A stretch of 64,000 nucleotides of DNA from Zootoca vivipara (GCF_963506605.1 NC_083276.1:111166001-111230000), one strand, 5' to 3'; counted from the first letter of the stretch, positions 23,473 to 37,009 are shown. Notes: a model not told the origin generated them from the sequence alone. Translations and numbers: made by a program.

Positions 23473-23505
23473 TATTTATACCCTGCCCATCTGGCTGGGT
23501 TTCCC
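23397..23505 (-). repeat. (AAT)n tract expanded from an L2 3' tail
   Basis: (AAT)n followed by tttataccctgcccatctggctgggtttccc, the reverse complement of the L2 end at ~39867-39900. Confidence 0.85.
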
Positions 23506-23706
23506 ATATTGTAAGAACAGCCATCCAGGCAGGAACAGAACTATTGGGTTATAAAATGTTGGTCCAGAGGGATACCTTGAGGATATCAAAAGTGACCAAG
23601 AAGTTCAGAAGAATTCACAAGGTCTCACTTTTCACTGTTATTCTCATTTTCTATTTTTCCCCCAGCAAAATGTGCACACAGCTTGATTGTAACGATACCT
23701 CTAAGC

Positions 23707-23842
23707 CAGGCATCCCCAAACTGCGGCCCTCCAGATGTTTTGGCCTACAACTCCCATGATCCCTAGCTAACAGGACCAGTGGTCGGGGAAGATGGGAATT
23801 GTAGTCCAAAACATCTGGAGGGCCGAAGTTTGGGGATGCCTG
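23707..23842. mobile_element. 136-bp palindromic hAT MITE
   Basis: TSD ctctaagc; TIR caggcatccccaaact. Confidence 0.95.
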
Positions 23843-25693
23843 CTCTAAGCAGTTTACAAGAAATTTACCAAGAAAAACAGATAAAAGCAATGTTTTTATT
23901 GACTGATGCAGATTGGCTATAGTTGTTGCACCAGTCACAGTTGGTAAAAGGCAGTTCTAGCTATTGAGGCAACCTGGGCTTCCGGTGACAGAGCTGGGTG
24001 CTGTACGTGGAGTTTTAATGCAAGGTTTTGAAGGTGTCTGCTGCACATCCCCTTCTGTCACAGTCAATCTGCCCCATACCTGATACCATCTCAGGTATAG
24101 GGAAGGTGGGTGTGACTTGGACAATATGAACTCATGGATCAAACATGGCAGATCTAATTAGCCCTGCACACTGAACATTCACCACCACTCTGATAGTGGA
24201 ACCATTAGAAGCCCCCCTTCCAGATCTAACAGGCTGAACAGGCATATACTACGAGAGGCTTCCTTCAGTTATTTGGGTCCCCAGTCACTTTGGGCTTAGT
24301 GAAAATTCCACTGGGATGTGTCATTAAGTGAATTAGTTGTGATTAGCTTAAATTCAGTTTGATTTCAAAGAGACTTAAGCATTTGAAACTTTCTCTGTGC
24401 TGCGCTTCTGGGTGTGGGTGATGTTGGCATTCTTTCCCCTTATTTCTTCTCTTTTTTGCAGTTCTAGGCATGAATTTTACACTACCCGTTGCTTAGTGAT
24501 GAAACTCATTGGATAATTTTAGTTCTTTGGTGTGTGTGTGTTTGAGTGTGTGCGCGCATGTGTCTTTGTGTGTGTGTGAGTGCACACACACATAATATAA
24601 CTTTTTGTGATACTGCATTTTTATCATATGTGAAGTGGAATTTAGATGTATTTGAAACACATTTCTAAGATGTGATGAAACACCAGAAAATATTTTGACC
24701 TGTGTTGGATTAGCTATGCTGAGAGGAAGAGGCTCATGTTTTAATCAGCAATATGCTCTGGGTTTATATGTTAATGACAGAACTGGTGAAAAATGCAGTG
24801 GGAAAGTTTGCAAAGAAAATATAGAAGCCATTCCCCCCCCCCCGTTTTTCTTTATAGAAACCTTTGGCTAAAATAATAATATTCTTTCTTCTCAGATCAT
24901 TTCATTTCAAAAGCAAGCTTGATGGGAGTGTGACCAAGGGCAACTAGGGGAGATGTCATTTGTGCAATTAGCAATTGTGTGAATGCCTTTTTAAAACTGA
25001 GTAGGAAGGCCCCCTTTCATGTAAAGCTGTGGTGTAAGGAGGGAACTTCTGAACGTACGGTGCAACCCTGGATTGGGACCTGGGGCATTGGACTTTTAAT
25101 CCTTTGTCCCCCTGCTGCAGTCAAAATTCTGATTGGGGGCCGTGTGACTGCTATTTGCACTGGAGAAGAGATATCTCCTGTATCCACCATCAGGTGTTAT
25201 ACACCAGCACAAGAACAAGGGGTTGGGACCTGACTGAGTTGCTCCATCCTGTGTCCCACACTCCTCTCCCCAGTTCAACATGAGGCATCTCATCCACAGT
25301 GTATGCATGCTTAAATGCTTTCCTGGGAACTGGAACCCTGGGGAAGCCTTCACACATACAGCTAAATGTGCAAAAGCTCCCTCCCCGTGACATGTTGTGT
25401 GCTGTGGGGCGGCTAGCGCACAGGAGCTAATAGCACTAGAACAGGGCCAGTGGCTAAATTATATAATGGCACAATCCATGCTATGCAGGAATCAGGAGCG
25501 GCTTGGGGCAAAGCCAAAGCAATCTTCCTCCTGGTAAGCAGGACTGATGCTTCTTCTAGGTGATATTGCTGTGCTCCGCTCCGCTGGGCAAGCCACTTCC
25601 GGTAGGAGTAAATGGCTGTTACCAAGGAATTCAGCCTCACTGCCATTTGAAGTGTGTGTCCAGCTCTTAAAACGGCATCCTTATTGTGAGGGA

Positions 25694-26234
25694 TGTCAGG
25701 GACTGGGCAGATGAGGAGGAGTGGTGGAGACCTCCACCTCAAGAAGTGTCCGAGCAAGAGGAAGATGGACCCAGATTTTTGGTGGTGGCAAACAGGACAC
25801 ACCCTAGAAGCAGCAGCAGCAAAGAGCTGGGAAATAATGGAAGGTGAGGAACAGGAGCAAGCTAGCAGAGGCTCTAGTCCTGAACAGAGACGGGACTCAG
25901 CAGTGGGAGAAACAGTACAGCAGACAGTGGACACTACATCACTCGAAAGCCTGGAGGAACCTCCTCCTTCTCCAAGGACCAGGTGACCCCTTTGTATCTT
26001 AGAGCAGAAAGAAACAGAAAGAATCTGTTGCTGGCCACCATAGGAATTGAGAAGGGGTTTGGAAGCTAGGAAGTGTCACAAAGGGGGTGGAGCAGACACT
26101 CTGAGCAATGTCTCAAGACTGAAGGGAGCATAATCCATGGTCTCTATGTGTATCCTGTTGATTTAAATAAAAGAACTAGCAGAAGCTCTCTGTGTCTCTG
26201 ATTTCACTAGGCAGCTAGCCTGGGAGTCGTGACA
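25694..26234 (+). mobile_element. Solo LTR (Gypsy-like), copy 2
   Basis: TGTCAGGGACTGGGCAG...TGACA; AATAAA ~26166; homologous to 20072 and 37842; no TSD. Confidence 0.75.
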
Positions 26235-26356
26235 ATTACATTTGTAGGAGGCCACACTATGGAGAGTTATTAGTGACAGCTAAGTGATGCTTTGTGCAGC
26301 CTTTTGCATAGATGTTAATAATAGTCGTGGCTCTTAGACATCATTTTCTGGAGTAG

Positions 26357-26542
26357 GGCCAAAGCTCCAGGAGAGAACATTTGCTTAGCATGCAGAAGGT
26401 CCTAGGTTCAATCCCCAGCATCTCCAGGTAGGACTGGAAATATCTCCTGTTTGAAACCCTGTAGACAAGATTGAGCTAGATGGACCAATGTAGACAATAT
26501 TGAGCTAGATGTCTTTCAGCATAAGGCAGCTTCCTATTCCTA
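26357..26542 (+). mobile_element. tRNA-derived SINE with CR1-like tail
   Basis: Degenerate A box, B box ggttcaatcc, tail ataaggcagcttccta; related relics at ~19415-19505, ~34930-35060 and ~52127-52260. Confidence 0.7.
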
Positions 26543-26902
26543 TTTTCTTGTATTCTGCATTCATTCTTAATTCACCATTTGTCTAGAAGGATCTAGTGGC
26601 CAGACTTTTAAATATGCATTTTGAAGCATTTGTTTAAAACAAAACAAAACACAGGAACAGAACATAACTATGGGTAAAAACATGCAAGATTAACATGGGT
26701 TGGAAATAGATTCTCCCATCTCTAAATTGGATAGATGACTGTTTACTTTGTTCAATAAAACAATAAAATTCAGGTTTAAAGTATCTGGAAGTATCTGAGC
26801 AATTATTCACAAGCAACAGTATAACCTCTCTCTTTTAGGCTAAGCACAACTACTTGGAAGTAAGCAACCATCAAGACTAAATAGGAACTGTATTGCACTT
26901 TG

Positions 26903-26904
<2 letters not shown>

Positions 26905-26974
<70 letters not shown>
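26905..26974. repeat. (TC)n microsatellite
   Basis: Directly visible. Confidence 0.95.
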
Positions 26975-26977
<3 letters not shown>

Positions 26978-28150
26978 AATTCAGTGTAACCAGTTCCTAA
27001 GGTTCCACATGTACATCAGATGTTGCTCATATTTTCCCTTTTCATTTTGTTCCTTGGCTCCTTTCATGTTGGTTGGAACGAAAGAAAGCTAAGATAAAAT
27101 AGTTGAAGAGAAAGTAGGCAGCCAACAGCCAAAACAAACCTGGACCATAAGGACTTTGTAGCATCTGTCGGAGTATAACTAGATTAGGAGCAGTGGTGTC
27201 TCCACAAATTGGAGGGATGTTGTAAGGCATGTCCTTTGAATAGAATTAGTTTTTGCTGGAATCAAATTATGTGCAGGAAGAATGATTAGAAGCAAGCCTC
27301 AAGACTAAGAAAGATTAATTACTGGCATTTCATTAGAAGCTTATTTTGCATAATCCTATTAGTTTAATCATGTGCTCATTCCCCCCCCCAATGTGTGGGT
27401 GCACCATTTACTAAATTTATACAGTGTACTGTACTGCTTTTTATTTGCTCGGCATCTTAGTTTGTGCCATACTTGCATCAATATCATGCTCTTTTACGGT
27501 GCTCTGGCCACACACAGTGCAATGTGGGCTCAGTTATGTTGATAAATGATTTATAAGAACACAAAAAAGCCTGCTGGATCAGACCAGTGGCCCATCTGGT
27601 CCATCATTCTGTCATCGCTATATGTGATCCTTAGCCACTCAGGTGCAAAGGACAACTGACTTTCCTTTGTGCCTGCAATAACTATCCCCTGATTCCTGTG
27701 TGGGGCTTAGGCAAACACTGCATATTGACACTACCCAGTTTGGTGATATCTTCCTGGTGTAGGAGCTGTAATACTCCTTCAGTCTGCAATAATTGCCACA
27801 ATGGAGAGGACTGACGGATGAATACATGGAGCTGTCCTCTCCACTGAACTGCTCTCATGTGCACATTCATACACTTATATAGGGCAATTTCATGCATTAT
27901 ATGCAGAGGGGAGAAACACATTTCCACCTAGGATATCATCATAATAATAATTACCTTAATCATTTATTAGAGTACTTATCTGCCACTCACCATGAGGTCC
28001 CAGGCAGTTTACAACAATATATATATCTCCATTAAACAAAATACATTTGGTATATGACACATGGGTTTGTGACATTCTTACTTCACCTTTTTTTGGATTA
28101 TTTGGATTTGTGTGTTTTTTTTTAACCTGGACTGTATCCAACAAAGTTGT

Positions 28151-28291
28151 CTCACTAGCTCAAGGACTTCCACTTGTGCAACAGAACTTCCCCTCCATCT
28201 CCTCTCTTCCCATGCCCTCCAGATCTGCTCTGGACAGTCTTGTCTGGAGGGGAAGTTCTGTGGTACAAGTGGAAGTCCCTGCACTGATGGG
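28151..28291. mobile_element. Palindromic MITE
   Basis: ggacttccacttgtgcaacagaacttccc / gggaagttctgtggtacaagtggaagtcc arms. Confidence 0.7.
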
Positions 28292-29356
28292 ATGATTTTG
28301 CGAGATACAGCCCTATGATTATATCCCTTAGGGTGCGAGGGATAGCATGTGCAGCAGAACAGTAGAATGTATAGTTAGAATGCAATTAAAAGCAATAATT
28401 AATTAGATGCATGCTAGGGCTGTGCATTTGTGTTTTTTAAAGGACAGAAAAACGAACAAGCTCCTTCCATCCATTCATTGTGACAAGCATCAACAAATGG
28501 GATTTTTTTAGAAAAATGACAATGACAATGAAATGAATGGAAATGTGTTCATTCTTTCATTACTGAATACTTTGGGGCATTCATATTGTTCCTTTGTGAA
28601 GTGATAGCATGCCCTTTAAATTAATACCTTTGCATTTTTAGATGTTTCATTTAACTAACATATTAAAAACCATCCCAATTGTTTTCCAGCAGTGCAATGG
28701 TTGCTACTGTAGGAGCTAATACAGTGTGTGCCTTTTTATGGGGGATAACAGGTATTTTTGGGATTCTTTCCTCCTGAAATAATCTCTTTACAGTAAGCTG
28801 CAGCATTCCATGGGTGGAGCTTGCAGAGACTTGTGATGATCTGTATCGCGTAAAGCTCCTTACTTTCTAAGTGCAGAGAAGCTTCAGATTTGCTACAAGA
28901 TCCTCTTTGCTTGCGATGTAAAAAAGTCATCTCACATTAGCAGCTAGAATATGAGAACCAGAAATAAACCGAGCCTGGCAAACACTCCTCATTTTAATGG
29001 GAAATTCCTTGCTCCGTTTTTAAATAATACATTTCCATAAAACCTCTTAATGAAGAAAAAAAAGGCAGATAATTTCCTTTGTTTTTCAGCCAACTATGGA
29101 AACAAAGAGTACTGGGCATTTCAGATGTAGCTAAGGAGTCGCTGTGTGATTTTAAACAAGTTATTAATGCTCATGTCCACCATCTGTAACATGGAAATAA
29201 TGTTGTGTACTCATCTTGCAATGGTGAGTCCTCAGATTCTCTCCCCTGGCCCCCACCCCCAGCAAATACAGATTGCCTCAACATGTGCACATATTGCTTA
29301 GCAATAGCAGCTGTGAAAGGTCATACAGGGACCATATATAGACTCAGCCACATCCT

Positions 29357-29577
29357 GGTAAAGGGTAAAGGGACCCCTAACCATTGGGTCCAGTCGCGGA
29401 TGACTCTGGGGTTGCGGCACTCATCTCACTTTATTGGCCGAGGGAGCTGGCATACAGCTTCCGGGTCATGTGGCCAGCATGACTAAGCCGCTTCTGGCGA
29501 ACCAGAGCATCACACGGAAATGCCGTTTACCTTCCCGCTGGAGTGGTACCTACTTATCTACTTGCACTTTGATGTGC
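29357..29577 (-). mobile_element. Sauria SINE, 3' half
   Basis: ggtaaagggacccct...tatctacttgcactttga. Confidence 0.88.
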
Positions 29578-31066
29578 ATTAGGGAGAGCAGGACATATTT
29601 CATGTGCAACTGATTTTGTTTTGTTTTTTAAAACAACTTTTTATTAGTTTTACATAAAGTTGTACACAATAAACATAATCCCAAAATAAAAAGAGGTTCT
29701 TTCAAACCTTCAGACCTCCTTCCCTCTCTCTATAATTTGCCCTGACTGTTGGTATTCTCCCCCACTTATGTTTGTTCCACCAACTTCGTTCCAGCCCTTG
29801 ACTTTTCCTGTCTTGAGCCAATGCATCAGTATTTTAGGGGCTTCGATTGTGATGGGGTATGGCAGTCAATGGGTTTTATTTATATACAGTGACATCAGAC
29901 CTGCTGACAGCTCATGAACACAGACCCAACATTTTTTGGCAGGTCTATTTACTAAAATGTTTGAGAGCCCCTACTTTTTAGACAATGCGGGGGATAAATC
30001 AAAATATCCTAGTAAATCCATGGGCTTTTGTATTATTTGTGTGAACACTGGACAGACTCCTATAGCTCAAGCAGATTAGAGCCACAGGTCTCCAATTCTT
30101 GAAATTACAAAGATTTCTTAGGGAGCAAAAGTAATAACTGATTCCTGTTAGCTCAAGGCCAGTTCATTTCCTGAGTCTACCCTAATATTACTCTCTGGGT
30201 TTTTTTAAAGGGGGGAAATAAAATAAAATAAAATAAAATATAGGCTTGCTATATTCTTCAGAAACAAGAGCACAGCTGTCTTTCTGTCAAACCTACGGGC
30301 ACTTCTGCTGTGTTGCTGCAGAATGGAAAGTGATGGTTCACATGCATAGAGAGGTGGAGGGGGGAAGCAGAAAAGAGCAGGAAAGGAAGATCCAATCTTC
30401 TCTCAGGGCACTGCAATAAAAAACACACGAAAAGATCCTGGTAGAATTCCTCTATTGCCGCCTCATCACACTTCCCAGCATGAACAAATCTCTTTGGAAA
30501 GGGGACTCAGCTACTGAAAATAATGCAAGTTATAAGACTTCCATGAATTAATCACTGGCTTGCGCCCATTTTTCAGTTTGGCAACTGAAAACAAATTTGT
30601 GAATGAATAGAGAGGGGGTGGGGGATATGAAGGAGGTCAAGCCAGCTGAAATAAAATCCACCACGTCCTGTCTTTCGGACCCTGCTTCCCTCCTTTTTAT
30701 TTCCTACCTACGGCATTATTTGGTGATAACATACAGTAATCCACTTCATGGGGATTATCGGCATAGTGTGTGTGTGTGTGTGTGTGTGTAAGAATCAAGC
30801 TGTAATGCTGGAAAGGACATGAACTGCAGCTTCTTCACTGAGACTGGCTCTGTGAAGCCTTGGAGTAAATCCACATTTTTATTTAAGGCAGTGGGGGAGG
30901 GGAAAACATCTGAAAGGAATATTTCACACTCCATGTGTCATCTCTTTTTGGTTTTCCAATAAGTGGTCTATAGCTTTCCACAAATTGTACTCGGTTTTTT
31001 TTTTTTTTTTTTTTTTGGTGCGCAAATATCTATTTGCACTCCCACACTTAAAGCTGGACAGTTTAT

Positions 31067-33688
31067 GGCCTGGCAATTGAAGAAAAGACAAAAAGAGAAT
31101 ACAATTATAAAGATTATGGATGAAGGAAAATCTATTGAGAACCCTGCAGAGATAAGGAAATGTTTTACAAAATATTACAAACAGTTATATAAAAGGGAAA
31201 AAGAAGATTTAGATGGAATAGAGAAGTTTATAAAAGAAAATGGACTGCAGAAAATTCCAGCACAACAAAAGAACCTACTGAATGGATTGATTACAAGACA
31301 AGAGGTTGAAATGGCAATTCAAGAATTGAAAAATGACAAAGCCCCAGGACCTGATGGACTTACCTCCAAGTACTACAAAACATTAAAAAACTGGTTGATA
31401 CAACCATTAATGGAGGTAGCAAATGAGATTTTAGGGGGGGGGGCAAAGCACCAGAGACTTGGAAAGAAGCTTTTATCTCTCTGATACCAAAACCGGATGT
31501 GGACAAGACTCAGGTTAAGAATTATAGACCAATCTCCTTATTAAATGTGGATTATAAGATATTTGCTAGTATTTTGGCGTCAAGATTGAAAAGGGTGTTG
31601 AAAGACTTAATCCATAAAGATCAGGCAGGATTTCTGCCTGGTAGACATATGAAGGACAATGTAAGAATTATAATAGACATTCTGGAGAGATTGGAAGTGA
31701 AAATAAACACCAAAGCAATGTTAATTTTTGTGGATGCCGAAAAAGCTTTTGATAATATTTCTTGGACTTTTATGAAAAGAAATTTTGCAAAAATGGAGGT
31801 TGGTCAAAACTTTGTTAATGGGATTAATGGTATTTATTCTGAGCAAAGAGCTAAGATCATTGTAAATAATGTGGTCTCAGAAGAGATAAGAATTGAGAAA
31901 GGAACAAGACAAGGGTGCCCACTCTCCCCCCTGTTATTTATTTCTGTCCTGGAGGTTTTGCTGAATATGATAAGGAGCGATGAAGGTGTCAAAGGAATTA
32001 CAGTGGGAACAAAACAATATAAGTTAAAAGCCTTTGCAGACAATTTAGTACTGACTTTGCAGAACCCTGAACAGAGTGCGGTGAGAGCACTGCAGATAAT
32101 TCAAGATTTTGGCAGTGTGGCAGGCTTTAAGTTAAATAAAGGGAAAACTAAAGTATTAGATAAGAACTTGACATTGCAAGAGAGACAGAATATAGAGGAT
32201 TGCACAGGACTGAAGTGTGCAAAAAAGGTGAAATATCTAGGAGTTAATATGACGTCAAAAAATTTGAATTTGTATAAAGACAACTATGAAAAATTATGGA
32301 AAGAAATCCAAAGAGACTTGGAAGTATGGACGAGGTTGAATTTATCTTTAATGGGTAGAATAGCAACTGTTAAAATGAATGTATTGCCGAGAATGTTGTT
32401 TCTATTTCAGGCCCTACCGATAGTTGACAAAATGAAATGCTTTCAAGAGTGGCAGAAGACATTGTCTAAATTTGTCTGGCAGGGGAAGAAGCCAAGAATT
32501 AAATATAAACTTTTGACTGATGTAAAAGAAAGAGGAGGATTCTCCTTGCCGGACTTAAAGATTTATTTTGAAGCCGCAGCTTTTTGTTGGCTGAAGGAAT
32601 GGTTCTTGTTAGATAATGATGATTTGTTGGATTTAGAGGGCCATGATAATGCATTTGGTTGGCATGCATATTTATGGTATGATAAAGTGAAATTGCATAA
32701 AGGTTTTAAAAGTCATATAATTAGGAAATCATTGTTTAATGTTTGGATGAGATATAAAGATTTGTTGGAAAGAAAAACTCCTAGGTGGATTTCACCACTT
32801 GAGGCAAAGAAACCTAAAAGGACAAATATGGATGAGAATAGGTTGAAATACAAAGATATTTTGATGGAGGTGGGAAACCACTTCAAGTTAAGACCATATG
32901 AACAATTGAAAGATAGGTTGAGCGACTGGTTTCAGTATGTGCAGATAAATGAAGCATTCAAGTTAGATAAAAAAATAGGATTTCAACCAGAAAAATCGAA
33001 ATTAGAAACGGAATTATTAGAGACAGACCATAAGAATTTGTCCAGAATGTACAATTTGTTGTTAGAATGGCATTTGAAGGATGAGCAAACAAAATCAGTT
33101 ATGATTGAATGGGCCAAGGATCTGGGTCATAATGTGATGATGTCGGAGTGGGAAAAATTGTGGAAGAAGGGTATGAAATTTACGGCTTGTACGGTGTTGA
33201 AGGAAAACTTGATGAAAATGATGTATAGATGGTATCTGACGCCGGTCAAGTTAGCTAAAATGTACCACAAAAGCGACAACAAATGTTGGAAATGTAAGCA
33301 GGATGTTGGCTCATTCTACCATATGTGGTGGACATGCCCTAAGATAAAAGGCTTCTGGGAAATGATTTATAATGAATTGAAAAAGATGTTTAAAAACACA
33401 TTTTTGAAAAAACCGGAAGCCTTTCTGCTTGGAATAATTGGGGAAGAAATTCCCAAGGACGATGTTAATTTGTTTATGTATGCCACCACAGCTGCTAGGA
33501 TCTTAATAGCAAAATATTGGAAAAAAGAGGAATTGCCTTCGATGCAGGAATGGCAAATGAAAATGATGGACTATATGGAATTGGCAGAACTGACAGGAAG
33601 ACTCCGGGACCAGACAAATGATAAAGTTTTAAAGGATTGGAAGAAATTTAAAATGTATATAGGGAATGTATTTGATGATCAGAGTTAG
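31067..33688 (+). pseudogene. L1 ORF2 (reverse transcriptase plus C-terminal CCHC), disabled
   Basis: KAPGPDG, NYRPISLLNVDYKI, DAEKAFD, GTRQGCPLSP, KYLG, CWKC..HMWWTC; frameshift at G10 run 31434-31443; catalytic FADD changed to FADN (32042-32044). Confidence 0.93.
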
Positions 33689-34058
33689 AATATCCAGGAA
33701 AATAAAGAGGTTAAGGCATTAGGGAGATAATAGAAGATTGAAAGTTAGAAATTAGGGTAGATGACATGAAGATGAATTAACTTTGAAGTGTTAAAGGGAT
33801 TACATGATGGGTAAGGAAGATGATTTAGAAACTGCTATAGAAGTTTATAAAAATGAAAATCAGATAGTAGGGAATTGGGGAAGCCTGAAGACAATGAATA
33901 TCAAAATGGAAGAGAAATGATATATTTTTCTGTTGTATGTTGTTTGATTTTTGTGTTGTTGTATTTTGTATTTTGATGTTTTTTGTATTCGTATCTTTGT
34001 ATTTAGTATTTTGTATGTTTGTTGACAAAACGATTAATAAAAAATATATTAAAAAAAA
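31067..34058 (+). mobile_element. 5'-truncated L1 LINE
   Basis: 17-bp TSD aaagctggacagtttat (31050-31066, 34059-34075); TT/AAAG endonuclease-type site; AATAAA plus poly(A); ORF2. Confidence 0.95.
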
Positions 34059-34210
34059 AAAGCTGGACAGTTTATATAGCAAGTGGGGCTGTCAGATGCT
34101 GATTTGGCCTGTTATACTTTCACCTCTCTGCTTCAGTGAAATAATCAAGTGAAAGGATACAGATGCTCTTAGTCTAGGGGAAATTAAGGCTGGATGAAAC
34201 TTTCCATGTT

Positions 34211-34463
34211 GGCCAGTGTGGTGTAATAGTTAAGAGCGGTAGACTCGTAATCTGGTGAACCGGGTTCGCTTCCCCGCTCCTCCACATGCAGCTGCTGGGT
34301 GACCTTAGACTAGTCACACTTCTCTGAAGTATCTCAGCCTCACTCACCTCACAGAGTGTTTGTTGTGGGGGAGGAAGGGAAAAGGAGATTGTTAGCGCTT
34401 TAAGATTCCTTAGGGTAGTGATAAAGCGGGATATCAAATCAAACTCTTCTTCTCCCTTCTTCT
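34211..34463 (+). mobile_element. Squam3 / MIR-like CORE SINE
   Basis: tRNA-like head (tggtgtaatagttaaga, gggttcgcttccc), CORE gctgggtgacctt..agtcac, L2-like tail, (CTT)n end. Confidence 0.8.
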
Positions 34464-36392
34464 CTCACTTTCTAACTTTTCCAGTCTTAAGTTCAGTTCT
34501 CCATATTAGTGGCAGATCTTGAGGTCTCAAATTACAGTAGCACTGTGTGCAACACCAAAATTCAGTGTCCCTCCACATGCTCCATTCTAAATCATAGTTG
34601 TGGCACCTCTGGAGGCTCCCTGCCCAGTGTGACAGAATCGGTCACACTCCTCTAAATCCACCTTTGTCCATATGTCTGCATACCGTTTGCTAGCATGCAC
34701 AATTTTGCAAGTTTTTTCCCCTTGATGCAATGCATTTGTGTATGCTATCCTTACTAATAAATGTATTTTTATACACACACTTCCCTAATATATTCATTTT
34801 TGTACGCATTTTCTGGTTGGAAAACTTCACCACAAAATTCAGAGAAGTGTCCAGTTTGAAGGACACCTGTTTCAGGAAGTGAGAATTGGTTAGGAAACAA
34901 ATTTCCTACCCATCCCTTTATGGAAGACTGGAACTCACAGGCAGAGCACATGTTTTGCATCTAGAAGGAACCAAGTATAATCCTGGATATCCTTAAGTCA
35001 GGTAGAAGATGATGGAGATGCTAAGTAGCTGTGGACAATTCCTATATAGACAATACGAAGGATTAAACCCAGTGCAAGGCAGAGCTGCATGGCTACTGAA
35101 CGCCATATGAATGGAGTATAATGAGAAGTTGCATTGCATACAATGGAAAGGAGGCGGACCAGTGGTATTTCTTGAATTAGAGTTTGGTCTCTTCTATGCC
35201 ACAAAGTTTCCTTTTATCCAAGTGATGAACATCTGAAATCTGGCTTCTATGAGCTGCTGCTTCATTTCAGCAACTTGCACGGGGACACACACACACACAC
35301 ACACATGTATATGTATATGTGTATATATAATGTTGTGTGTGTGTGTGTGTGTGTGTGTGTTGATTCCATGAGGCTTCTAGCAACACCACGGTTTAAAATG
35401 GTTTGCTTATTTTGCTGGGAGTATCTGGAGGGCTGCTATGGTTTTCCCATTCCAGTTTTAAAACCAATGCCGTTGGCTCGTTTTCCAAATGAAAAAAGTG
35501 ATTTTTTTTCCACCGCTTGGAAGCTTCCAGCTTTTCATGTGACAAAAGACCTGACGTGTATGTTTTAATGAACCAATGTGACTGGTTCCATTGATCTGGG
35601 TGGAAGCTGCCCATATGCTGAAGTGGTTTCCTGGATAAGATCCATCTATAGATCTTAAAATTGGCAGGATGCTAATGGCTTTGCTTATCTGGAATTCTAC
35701 TTCACTTTTTCAGTAGCCTCACTGAGATCAAGAGAAATAATTGCTCAGTGGGAGCAAGGCAATTGGGATTAGTCCCTGTGGAGACAACCTTCAAGCAAGC
35801 ACATTGAAATAGCCCCACTGACCTTGGTCAAATAAATGACAAAGCTGTCAAAACTTTCAACAATAATCCAAATTCTTCCTATGAGGAAATGTACGGAGCA
35901 TTAGATTTCAGTGCAGCAACACCATCTCCCCTCCTTAATGTTGGATCAATTGGATCATCATGTCACAATTTTTTTTGCTGCTATTACAAGGTTTATATGC
36001 AAATTGGTGAAATGAAGAAATATAAATAGTTGACTGTGCTACACATTGGATGGAAAAAGAAACTTAGCAATGTGGCTTAATGTGATCAGTATGTATATCT
36101 CACTCTCTCCCCATCACCTAATTTGTTTGTTGACTGAGGAGTAGACCATCTGTTAGAATAACACTTTACCTAGGCATTTACTGGCAACCGGTAAAACCTA
36201 CCGTAATTCTTGCTGCAGCAGGGGCAGTCCACATAGACTCTGGATGCCACTGAGCATGCCAACACAGTGCATTTGTGACTTTTTTTGCACATAAGAATGG
36301 CATGATGCTATGAGAGATCTACTCATTTACTGTTGAAGGCCTCAGAGAGTATTGCATGTTATGTGGTTGAATTAAGTCATTTCAGTCCAATA

Positions 36393-36607
36393 GCTCTAGT
36401 TACAGGTAGGTAGCCGTGTTGGTCTGAGTCGAAGCAAAATAAAAAAATTCCTTCAGTAGCACCTTAAAGACCAACTAAGTTTATATTTTGGTATGAGCTT
36501 TCGTGTGCATGCACACTTGGTATCTGAAGAAGTGTGCATGCACACGAAAGCTCATACCAAAATATAAACTTAGTTGGTCTTTAAGCTGCTACTGAAGGAA
36601 TTTTTTT
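36393..36607. mobile_element. Penelope-like element terminal fragment in inverted (foldback) arrangement
   Basis: gtagccgtgttggtc..gcaccttaaagaccaac; ~80-bp inverted arms; 14-bp TSD atttcagtccaata (36379-36392, 36608-36621). Confidence 0.85.
36517..36560 (+). ncRNA. Minimal type I hammerhead ribozyme motif (Penelope-associated)
   Basis: Stem I ttggtat/ataccaa; CUGAAGA(A); stem II gtgtgcatgcacac; GAAA-GC-UC with palindromic AGCU. Confidence 0.65.
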
Positions 36608-37009
36608 ATTTCAGTCCAATAAAAAAAAAGAGCTGCTGCAGATGGCTTTATCCTTCTTTTCAGGCAGCTCCATCTTCGATGCTCTGGTGCATAGTGATGA
36701 TGTCATTGGTGTACGCCAAAATGTAAACTGATGCCAAATTGATTTGGATTATAGCCCAATTTTCCAAATGCCCACCAACAATTTGCCATATAATTACAAT
36801 CCTTAGCACATGTTGGGGGCTGCAGAGGTTTGTCTCTATTGAAATTTTGGGAAGTGTCTCTACATGAACACAACATTGTCTGAGACTTAAAAGCAGGAGC
36901 AATCTCACACTATAGTCAGGAAGAGCCAGAAATACTTAGCATAGATTGGTACCATCCATGGGGCTTCTGTCAACATATGTGAAGCTCACTAGTGCCCATA
37001 CAGGACAAT

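Noticed and set aside
23288-23759. Poly-Leu / poly-Asn ORFs
   Set aside because: (AAT)n tail of an L2 fragment plus MITE sequence
34211-34285. Possible tRNA gene
   Set aside because: tRNA-like head continues into CORE and LINE-derived tail, so it is a SINE
35286-35360. (CA)n...(TG)n hairpin / Z-DNA
   Set aside because: Ordinary compound microsatellite
36660-36908. RT-like ILAYTNDII motif on the - strand
   Set aside because: Possibly an ancient RTE-clade relic but too degenerate to call
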